This document shows, piece by piece, positions 42,913 to 50,383 of a stretch of 64,000 nucleotides of DNA. The notes beneath the pieces were generated by a model. That model saw nothing but the letters and a program-made list of their open reading frames with translations. It was not told the DNA's origin and did no database searches. Position numbers and translations under genes: made by a program. The stretch is from Pseudomonas aeruginosa PAO1 (GTDB taxonomy: Bacteria > Pseudomonadota > Gammaproteobacteria > Pseudomonadales > Pseudomonadaceae), in assembly GCF_000006765.1 (NCBI RefSeq), contig NC_002516.2. One strand, written 5' to 3'. Numbering within the stretch: position 1 is the stretch's first letter; the number at the start of each line of letters is the position of its first letter.

Positions 42913-44019
42913 GTGAGCGAGCGACTCTATGTCGGCACCCGCAAGGGCCTGTTCGAGCTGCGGCGCAACGCGGCGGGCCAGTGGCTGCCGATGGCCAGCC
43001 ACTTCCTCGGCGAGCCGTTGAGCATGCTCCTCGCCGACCCGCGCGACGGCGCGCTCTACGCGGCGCTGAACCTCGGCCATTTCGGCGTCAAGCTGTGGCG
43101 TCGCGACGCCGGCGCGACGGACTGGATGGAATGCGCGGTGCCGGTCTATCCGCCGCAGCCGCCAGCGGCCGAACCGCTGGAAGGCCAGGCGGCGGAGCCA
43201 CCCTGGTCGCTACAGCAGTTGTGGATCCTCGAGCCAGGCGGCGCCGACCGGCCCGGCACGCTGTGGGCCGGGACCATCCCCGGCGGCCTGTTCCGCTCCG
43301 ACGACCGTGGCGCCAGCTGGCGCCTCAACCGCGAACTCTGGGAACGACCCGAGCGCGCCCAGTGGTTCGGCGGCGGCTACGACCATCCCGGCATCCATTC
43401 CATCTGCGTCGACCCACGCGACAGTCGCCACCTCACCGTCGCGGTGTCCTGCGGCGGCGTCTGGCAGAGCCACGACGACGGCCGCAGCTGGACCTGCACC
43501 ACCAAAGGCATGCGCGCCGACTACATGCCGCCGGAGCAGAGCGAGGAGGCGGCGATCCAGGACCCGCACCGCCTGGTGCAGTGCCAGGCGCGCCCGGAGT
43601 TCCTCTGGGTGCAGCACCACAACGGCATCTTCCGTTCCCGCGACGGCGGCCTGCATTGGCAGGGCGTGGTCGCCGAGCCGTCCAGCTTCGGTTTCGCCGT
43701 CGCCGTGCATCCGCGGCAGCCGGACACGGCCTGGTTCGTCCCGGCGACCAAGGACGAATGCCGCATTCCCAGGGACGCCCGTTTCGTGGTCACCCGCACC
43801 CGCGACGGCGGCCGCAGCTTCGAGACCCTCGAGCGCGGCCTGCCCGACGGCCCGGCCTACGACCTGGTCTACCGCCACGGCCTGGACATCGACCCCAGCG
43901 GCGAGCGCCTGGCCATGGGCTCGACCACCGGCGGCCTGTGGCTCAGCGAGAACGGCGGGGAGGACTGGCAGCAGCTCTCCGCCAACCTGCCGCCGATCTA
44001 CTGCGTGCGCTTCGCCTGA
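42913..44019 (+). CDS. BNR/Asp-box beta-propeller (sialidase-like) protein
   Basis: Repeated Asp-boxes SDDRGASW, SHDDGRSW, SRDGGLHW, TRDGGRSF, SENGGEDW. Confidence 0.88.
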   Translation: MSERLYVGTRKGLFELRRNAAGQWLPMASHFLGEPLSMLLADPRDGALYAALNLGHFGVKLWRRDAGATDWMECAVPVYPPQPPAAEPLEGQAAEPPWSLQQLWILEPGGADRPGTLWAGTIPGGLFRSDDRGASWRLNRELWERPERAQWFGGGYDHPGIHSICVDPRDSRHLTVAVSCGGVWQSHDDGRSWTCTTKGMRADYMPPEQSEEAAIQDPHRLVQCQARPEFLWVQHHNGIFRSRDGGLHWQGVVAEPSSFGFAVAVHPRQPDTAWFVPATKDECRIPRDARFVVTRTRDGGRSFETLERGLPDGPAYDLVYRHGLDIDPSGERLAMGSTTGGLWLSENGGEDWQQLSANLPPIYCVRFA

Positions 44020-44087
44020 GCGCGCGGCGCTGGACAGCCTCGGCGCGCTTGCATAAGTTCGTGGGTTTTCGCCAAGGAGCCCACCCC

Positions 44088-44564
44088 ATGAGCCTCGAAT
44101 CCGTCCGGCGGTTCTTCGCCGAGAAAGCCCCGGACCTGCGCATCATCGAGCTGGAAACCAGCACCGCCACCGTCGCCCTGGCCGCCGAGGCCCATGGCGT
44201 GGAGCCGGGGCGGATCGCCAAGACCCTGTCGCTGCGGGTCGGCGAGCGCACCGTACTGGTAGTGGCGCGCGGCGACGCGCGGCTGGATAACCGCAAGATC
44301 AAGGCCGCCTTCGGCGGCAAGGCGAAGATGCTCGGCGCCGAGGACGTGGTCGAGCTGACCGGGCACCCGGTCGGCGGAGTCTGCCCGTTCGGCCTGGCGA
44401 CGCCGCTGGCGGTGTACTGCGACGTCTCGCTGCAAGCCTTCGACGAAGTGCTTCCGGCCGCCGGGGCGGTGCACAGCGCGGTCCGCATCGCCCCGCAACG
44501 GATGGCCGAGCTGGTGGATGCGCAGTGGGTCGATGTGTGCCAGGAAGTCCTCCAGGAAGCCTGA
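44088..44564 (+). CDS. YbaK/EbsC aminoacyl-tRNA deacylase-family protein
   Basis: IAKTL and GHPVGGVCPFG motifs. Confidence 0.92.
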   Translation: MSLESVRRFFAEKAPDLRIIELETSTATVALAAEAHGVEPGRIAKTLSLRVGERTVLVVARGDARLDNRKIKAAFGGKAKMLGAEDVVELTGHPVGGVCPFGLATPLAVYCDVSLQAFDEVLPAAGAVHSAVRIAPQRMAELVDAQWVDVCQEVLQEA

Positions 44565-44579
44565 CGGCAACTGCCGGGC

Positions 44580-44978
44580 TCAGGCCAGATTGAGCTGCCA
44601 GGACACCCCGAAGCGGTCGGCCAGCCAGGCGAAACGCTGGCTGAAGCCGTAGTCGCCGAGCGGCATCAGGGCCTTGCCGCCGTCGCTCAGGGCCTCGGCC
44701 AGGCGCTCGATCTGCGCGTTGCTCTCGCAGTCGACGAAGAAGGAGAACGCCGGGGTGAAATCGAAGGCGTGCCGCACATGGCTGTCGATGCAATGCACGC
44801 TCTGGTCGCCGAGGCGGAACAGCGCCTTCAGCACCGAGCCCTCCGGGCCCGGCCCCTCGGCGCCGTAGCGTTGGATCTGGAGGATCTCGGCGTCGTCGAA
44901 CAGTGACAGGTAGAAGTTCATGGCCGCCTCGGCCTGGACCCCCTGGAACATCAGGAAGGGTCGTACGCGTGCGCTCAT
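44580..44978 (-). CDS. VOC-family (3-demethylubiquinone-9 3-methyltransferase-like) protein
   Basis: PFLMFQG, FTPAFSFFV, DRFGVSWQL. Confidence 0.9.
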   Translation of the reverse strand: MSARVRPFLMFQGVQAEAAMNFYLSLFDDAEILQIQRYGAEGPGPEGSVLKALFRLGDQSVHCIDSHVRHAFDFTPAFSFFVDCESNAQIERLAEALSDGGKALMPLGDYGFSQRFAWLADRFGVSWQLNLA

Positions 44979-45015
44979 CGCGGTCTCCTCTGGAAGGCTG
45001 GCTCGAGGCTAGAGC

Positions 45016-45591
45016 CTAGCTCACCACGTTGCGGGTGAAACGCACCACCTCGTCGCCGTCGCCGTCGTTGACGTAGGCGTACGGCTGGTCGCTGGCGAAG
45101 GCATGGAAGTCGCCGGCCTCGATGCGCCGTTCGCCGTCGGCCAGTTCCAGGCGCAGGCGACCTTCGATGACCAGAACTATCTCCCGCCAGCCGGCGGCGT
45201 CGGGTTCCGATACGTAGCGCTCGCCCGGTCCCAGCGACCAGGCCCAGAGTTCCACCTCGCGCCGCGCCGGTGCGCTGGCGAGGAGGGTGGCGCGGCTCTC
45301 GGGGTGGTGGCCGACCCAGGCCACCGCATTGATCCGCGAGCGGTCGGTGGCCGGTGCCTGGACCAGGTCGGGGAACAGCACGCCGAGGGCGGCGGCGATA
45401 CGGTCGAGGGTCGACAGGCTGACATTGACGTCGCCGCTCTCGATGCCCACCAGCATCCGCCGGCTGACACTGGCCGCGCGGGCCAGCGCTTCCTGGCTGA
45501 GGCCGGCTTGCAGGCGCAGGCGGCGGACGTTGCCGGAGACATGTTCGAGGACGCTGGGGCGTTCGGTAGGGTTGGGCAATATATTGCTCAC
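45016..45591 (-). CDS. XRE-family HTH regulator with cupin domain
   Basis: LSQEALARAASVSRRMLVGIESG HTH plus cupin; start uncertain (GTG 45591, ATG 45609 or ATG 45621). Confidence 0.88.
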   Translation of the reverse strand: MSNILPNPTERPSVLEHVSGNVRRLRLQAGLSQEALARAASVSRRMLVGIESGDVNVSLSTLDRIAAALGVLFPDLVQAPATDRSRINAVAWVGHHPESRATLLASAPARREVELWAWSLGPGERYVSEPDAAGWREIVLVIEGRLRLELADGERRIEAGDFHAFASDQPYAYVNDGDGDEVVRFTRNVVS

Positions 45592-45620
45592 TGTCGCGGT
45601 TTTGCGCATTATAGTGCACA
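45573..45620. promoter_or_regulatory. Two TGnGCA-N6-TGCnCA palindromes, probable XRE operators
   Basis: TGGGCA-ATATAT-TGCTCA (45573-45590) and TGCGCA-TTATAG-TGCACA (45603-45620). Confidence 0.65.
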
Positions 45621-45670
45621 TCCCGTTTCCCGCAGTCCATCGGGCTGCTTCCCACTGCCGGACCTCTTCC

Positions 45671-46564
45671 ATGACCTCCACCTCCCGCGGCCTCGCCGGA
45701 ACGCTGTTGCCGGTCGGCCTGCTATTGATCGCCATGGCCTCGATCCAGAGCGGCGCCTCCCTGGCGAAAAGCATGTTCCCCCTGGTCGGCGCCCAGGGCA
45801 CCACGGCCCTAAGGCTGTTCTTCGCCGCGCTGATCCTGCTGCTGCTCCTGCGTCCCTGGCGCAAGCGCCTGAGCCTGCAATCGCTGCGCTCGGTGGTGGT
45901 CTACGGCATCGCCCTGGGCGGCATGAACCTGCTGTTCTATCTCTCGGTGCGCACCGTGCCGCTGGGCATCGCGGTGGCCCTGGAGTTCACCGGGCCGCTG
46001 CTGGTGGCGATCCTCTCCTCGCGGCGCCTGCTGGACTTCCTCTGGATCGGCCTGGCGGTGTTCGGCATCTGGCTGTTGCTGCCGCTGGGCAACAGCGCCG
46101 AGCCGCTCGACCTGGTCGGCGCCGCCTATGCCCTCGGTGCCGGCGTGTGCTGGGCGCTGTACATCCTCTTCGGCCAGCGCGCCGGCGCCGACCATGGCGC
46201 CCAGGGCGCCGCGCTGGGGGTGCTGGTGGCGGCGATCCTGGTTGTGCCGATCGGCGTCGCCCACGCCGGCGCCGACCTCCTCGACCCGGCGCTGATCCCG
46301 TTGGCGCTGGGCGTCGCGGTGCTCTCCACGGCCTTGCCCTACACCCTGGAAATGGTCGCGCTGACCCGCCTGCCGGCGCGCACCTTCGGCACCCTGATGA
46401 GCATCGAGCCGGCCTTCGGCGCGCTCTCCGGGCTGCTGTTCCTCGGCGAGCGGCTGAGCCCGACCCAATGGCTGGCCATCGGCGCGATCATCCTCGCCTC
46501 GGTCGGCACTACCCTCAGCGTCAAGTCGCGTGGCGCCGCCCCGGCGCTACCGGCCAAGGACTGA
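45671..46564 (+). CDS. EamA/DMT transporter, RhtA (threonine/homoserine exporter)-like
   Basis: SIQSGASLAK, PLGIAVALEFTGPL, LMSIEPA motifs. Confidence 0.9.
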   Translation: MTSTSRGLAGTLLPVGLLLIAMASIQSGASLAKSMFPLVGAQGTTALRLFFAALILLLLLRPWRKRLSLQSLRSVVVYGIALGGMNLLFYLSVRTVPLGIAVALEFTGPLLVAILSSRRLLDFLWIGLAVFGIWLLLPLGNSAEPLDLVGAAYALGAGVCWALYILFGQRAGADHGAQGAALGVLVAAILVVPIGVAHAGADLLDPALIPLALGVAVLSTALPYTLEMVALTRLPARTFGTLMSIEPAFGALSGLLFLGERLSPTQWLAIGAIILASVGTTLSVKSRGAAPALPAKD

Positions 46565-47980
46565 GGCGGCCTCCGCGTCCTCCCGCTGCAGGCGCTCGTG
46601 CTGGCGGATGAAGCGCCGCGCGCTGCGCGCCAGGCGGATGCAGAGCATGATCGCCGCGCCGGTCAGGCCCACCACCAGGCCTTGCCACAGACCGCGCGGT
46701 CCGGTGGGTTCCTGGAACCAGTCGGTGAGGCCGAGGCTGTAGCCCACCGGCAGGCCGATGCCCCAGTAGGCGAACAGGGTCATGATCATCGTCACCCGGG
46801 TGTCCTGGTAGCCGCGCAGGGCCCCGGCGGCGGTGACCTGCAGGGCGTCGGAGAACTGGAACAGCGCGGAGAACACGATCAGCGAGGCGGCGATGGCGAT
46901 CACCGCCGGGTCCGGCGAATACATCGCGGCGATCTGCTCGCGCAGCAACAACATCAGGCTCGCCGAGACGCAGGCGTAGCCCAGCGCCGCGGCCATCCCC
47001 ACGCCGGCGGCGAAGCGCGCGTCGCGCGGCAGGCCGGCGCCGAGGTTGTGGCCGACCCGCACGGTCACCGCCATCCCCAGCGAATAGGGAATCATGAACA
47101 CCAGCGCGCTGAAGTTCAGGGCGATCTGGTGGCCGGCCACCACGTTCTCGTCGAGCCCGCCGATCAGCAGGGCGATCACCGAGAAGATGCTCGACTCGGC
47201 GAACACCGCGATGCCGATCGGCAGGCCGACCGCCACCAGCGGGCCGATGGTCGCGCGATCCGGCCACTCCCAGCGCGAGAACAACTGGCTGGCGCGGTAG
47301 ATCGAGGCCTTGTTCACCCAGAACAGCATGCCGAGGAACATGAACCACATCACCGAGCCGGTGGCCCAGCCGCAGCCGGGGCCACCCATCTTCGGCATGC
47401 CGAAGTGGCCGTAGATCAGCGCGTAGTTGATCGGGATGTTCAGCAGCAGCCCGCCGATCCCCAGCACCATGCTCGGCCGGGTCCGTCCCAGGCCGTTGGT
47501 GTAGCAGCGCAGTACGTGGTACAGCGCCGCCGCCGGGAAGCCCAGGGCGATGCCCTTGAGGTACAGCAGGCTCGGCCCGATCAGTTCCGGGCGCACTTTC
47601 ATCAAGCCGAGGATCGGCTCCGACAACCACCACAGCACCGCCCCCGACAGCGGTCCGATCAGCAGCGCCAGCCACAGCGCCTGGCGCACCAGCGGCCCGG
47701 TGCCGGGCTGGTCGCCGGCGCCATGGCGCTGGGCGACCTTGGCCGTGGTGGCGAGCAGGGTGCCGGTCATCAGCAGGAACATCGGGATCCAGATGGAGTT
47801 GCCCAGCGCCACCGCTGCCAGGTCGTGCGGACTGGCGCGCCCGGCCATCACCGCATCGACGAAGCCCATGGCGGTGGTCGCCAGTTGCGCGATCATGATC
47901 GGCGCGGCGAGGGTCAGCAGTTCCTTGAGTTCGGCGCGGATGCGCAAGCCACGGGAAAGGGGCAGGGCGGGGCTGTTCAC
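46547..47980 (-). CDS. pmpM: MATE multidrug efflux pump (NorM family)
   Basis: DAVMAGR, NYALIYGHFGMP, GALRGYQDT; PA1361 position. Confidence 0.9.
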   Translation of the reverse strand: MNSPALPLSRGLRIRAELKELLTLAAPIMIAQLATTAMGFVDAVMAGRASPHDLAAVALGNSIWIPMFLLMTGTLLATTAKVAQRHGAGDQPGTGPLVRQALWLALLIGPLSGAVLWWLSEPILGLMKVRPELIGPSLLYLKGIALGFPAAALYHVLRCYTNGLGRTRPSMVLGIGGLLLNIPINYALIYGHFGMPKMGGPGCGWATGSVMWFMFLGMLFWVNKASIYRASQLFSRWEWPDRATIGPLVAVGLPIGIAVFAESSIFSVIALLIGGLDENVVAGHQIALNFSALVFMIPYSLGMAVTVRVGHNLGAGLPRDARFAAGVGMAAALGYACVSASLMLLLREQIAAMYSPDPAVIAIAASLIVFSALFQFSDALQVTAAGALRGYQDTRVTMIMTLFAYWGIGLPVGYSLGLTDWFQEPTGPRGLWQGLVVGLTGAAIMLCIRLARSARRFIRQHERLQREDAEAASVLGR

Positions 47981-48129
47981 GGCAGTCCTTGTCTGGGCAG
48001 GGGAACCGCGTAGTTTACGGGTTGACGGGGTGGTCAGGAAGGGTCAGCAGGGTCGTGCCGGTTGCCCAGCCCCCCACCGCGCTACGCGCAGACAAACGAC
48101 CCCGCGCTGCCCGCTTGAGGCCCGACCCC

Positions 48130-48162
48130 GTAGGGCGAATAACCGCCTGGCGGTTATCCGCC
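48130..48162. repeat. REP-like palindrome
   Basis: GTAGGGCGAATAACCGCC-T-GGCGGTTATCCGCC, homologous to the 21110 copy. Confidence 0.78.
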
Positions 48163-48311
48163 GGATACCCGTGACAGCGGCGGATGACATGCCCTGGAAA
48201 CGCCGGACATCTCCCCCAGACTTTTCCGCAGCCTCTCTCAGACGCCCAGGAATTGGATAAAAAACCAGTAGGAGGAAGATGGAGGGGTCGCCAAGTCTGT
48301 TTTCTTGGGGG

Positions 48312-48397
48312 CAGAAAAGACGCGAGCCGCAGGTGCAGGAACACCTACGACCCGCTAACCAGAGACCAGCTTAACGATAGGAGCTGACCCATGGCTA
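48312..48397 (-). ncRNA. Predicted ~85-nt cis-antisense RNA covering the RBS and start of the 107-aa ORF
   Basis: Minus-strand TATCAT -10 (48404-48409); 14-bp hairpin 48322-48355 fully paired only on the minus strand; then GUCUUUU; -35 weak. Confidence 0.5.
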
Positions 48398-48714
48398 AGG
48401 CCGATGATACGTCGAATCCCGCAATAACCGCACAGTCCCCTTCCACCTTCATCCCCCTGCGACGCACCTCGCAATGCAACCAGCACCCCGGTTGCGCCAC
48501 CCTCTACCTGGACAGCAGCGCAGCCAGCGAAGACCTGTTCGACACCGCCCGCCGCCGGCTGGAGTCGGCGATCGGAACGCTGAGCGTCCTCGACCTGCTC
48601 GACGAAACCGAAGAGCCCGGTGAAAGCATCTGCCGCATCACCGGTTCCCTGCTGTCGTTGCTCAGCGACGCCCTGTCACTGTTCGAGGCGGAATACGCAC
48701 GCAGACACCGATAA
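48391..48714 (+). CDS. Hypothetical protein (107 aa), possible antisense-controlled toxin
   Basis: AGGAG RBS; helical C-terminal half; no recognised domain. Confidence 0.75.
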   Translation: MAKADDTSNPAITAQSPSTFIPLRRTSQCNQHPGCATLYLDSSAASEDLFDTARRRLESAIGTLSVLDLLDETEEPGESICRITGSLLSLLSDALSLFEAEYARRHR

Positions 48715-48876
48715 CCGACGGAGGCGGTGCCCCCCGGCAAGGCCGGGGGGTTGAGTAGCGGGGCGAAAAGGGGATCCCTCTCCGCCCTGGCTCGGCAGTT
48801 GCGCGGTCGGGCGAAAGCCACCTGCCCGCTACGCACGCCAACCCAGGCAATCCCTGACGATGACCGGTCTTTCATC

Positions 48877-48895
48877 TGCGACTGTTTCTCATTTA
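48877..48895. promoter_or_regulatory. Fur box-like site upstream of the ECF sigma gene
   Basis: TGCGACTGTTTCTCATTTA (reverse TAAATGAGAAACAGTCGCA). Confidence 0.65.
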
Positions 48896-48942
48896 CACTC
48901 GACCCCCATTCTTCGGAGCCAGGCTCCTTTCCTGGGTGCATC

Positions 48943-49467
48943 GTGCCGTTCGATCCCGCCAAGCCGACGCTGTTGTCCACACTGGTTCGTCACTACGAGG
49001 AACTGGTCGACCATGTTCGCCGGCGCTTCGGCGACCGGGGCATGGCGCGCGAAGTGGTGCACGACGTGTGCGTGCAGTTGCTCGAACGCGACGAGAAGGA
49101 GGACGTGCACACGCCCCTGGCCCTGCTGCGGAAAATCTCCCACGACGCCGCCGTGAGCCGCTATCGTAGCGACCGTCGTCGAACCGCCTGGGTGGAAGCC
49201 GTCGCCGAGCTTCCGGAAGTCGCCTGCATGGCGGCGACGCCCATGGGTCGCCATGAGGCCGAGCGCGAGTTCCAGGCACTGGTCGACGCCATCGCCACGC
49301 TTCCTCCTCGCTGCCAGGCCGTTTTCGTCATGCACAAGATCCACGAAGTTCCCCAGGCGCAAGTCGCCGACCGCCTCGGCATCTCCGTCAAGACCGTGGA
49401 AAAGCACCTGCGCCTCGGACTGGCGGCCTGCCGGGAACGGCTCGGCCGCGGCGAGGCACGGCCATGA
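48943..49467 (+). CDS. FecI-like iron-starvation ECF sigma factor
   Basis: AREVVHDVCV, LPPRCQAVFVMHKIHE..Q.QVA..LGISVKTVEKHL; GTG start inferred (track ORF starts 48727). Confidence 0.88.
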   Translation: MPFDPAKPTLLSTLVRHYEELVDHVRRRFGDRGMAREVVHDVCVQLLERDEKEDVHTPLALLRKISHDAAVSRYRSDRRRTAWVEAVAELPEVACMAATPMGRHEAEREFQALVDAIATLPPRCQAVFVMHKIHEVPQAQVADRLGISVKTVEKHLRLGLAACRERLGRGEARP

Positions 49468-50306
49468 CCCAGCCCTCGAAACGGAATGGGCAGGTTCCGC
49501 TGGACGACGCCCTGGAGCGCCATCGCGACGCGCTGAAGGACCTGTTCCCGCTGCCGCCCTCCCGGCCGAAATCGCGCAAGGCAAGCAAGGCGGCCGGCGT
49601 CGCGCTATTGCTGGCGCTGGCCATCGGCGCCCTGGCCTGGCTGGACCCGGCCTACAAGCGCGAGCGCTTCGCCACCGCCATCGGTGAGCGGCGCGACGTG
49701 ACCCTGGCCGACGGCAGCCAGCTCCTGCTCGACAGCGGCAGCCAGATCGAGGTCAGTTGGCACCCGCTCAGCCGCCGGGTCGCGTTGCGCGCGGGGCAGG
49801 TGCTTTTCGAGGTATCCCCGGCGCGCTATCGGCGCTTCGTGGTGTCCGTGGGTTCGACCGACATCCGCGTGCTCGGCACCCGGTTCAACGTGCGCCGCCT
49901 GGACGACGATGTCCGCGTGACCCTGGAGCGTGGCCGGGTGGAGGTCGGCACCTCGGCTACGGCGCAAGCGCCAGTCGTGCTCCTGCCGGGCCAGCAGGTC
50001 GATGCCATTGGCGGGCAACTGATGCCGCTGGCCAAGGTCGATGCCGCCACGGCGATGGCCTGGAAAGACGACCGCCTGGTCTTCGAGCGCACGCCCCTGG
50101 GCGAAGCCGTCGCGCTGCTGCGCCATTACCGCAAGGCGCCCATTCTCCTGGACGACCCCAGCCTGGCCTCCCTCCGGTTGACCGGCGTCTTCGCCGCGCA
50201 CAACGTCGACCGGCTGCTCGACCTGCTGCCGAGTATCCTTCCCGTGGCCGTGTCGCGGCAGGAGGACGGCAGCGTCGAGATCCAACGCAAATCGACGCGA
50301 AAATAA
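49464..50306 (+). CDS. FecR-like anti-sigma / transmembrane sensor
   Basis: TAIGERRDVTLADGSQLLLDS, VLGTRFNV, AWKDDRLVF. Confidence 0.92.
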   Translation: MTQPSKRNGQVPLDDALERHRDALKDLFPLPPSRPKSRKASKAAGVALLLALAIGALAWLDPAYKRERFATAIGERRDVTLADGSQLLLDSGSQIEVSWHPLSRRVALRAGQVLFEVSPARYRRFVVSVGSTDIRVLGTRFNVRRLDDDVRVTLERGRVEVGTSATAQAPVVLLPGQQVDAIGGQLMPLAKVDAATAMAWKDDRLVFERTPLGEAVALLRHYRKAPILLDDPSLASLRLTGVFAAHNVDRLLDLLPSILPVAVSRQEDGSVEIQRKSTRK

Positions 50307-50383
50307 TTCTCTGACGCAGGTAGGGTTTCCCGCGCGCCGTGGCGGCTATCCAGGAAAAGCCAACCTGCATAGGAAATCGAGAC

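Noticed and set aside
48296-48314. LexA box before the 107-aa ORF (CTGT...GCAG), expected if symE-like
   Set aside because: Spacing is CTG-N12-CAG rather than CTG-N10-CAG.
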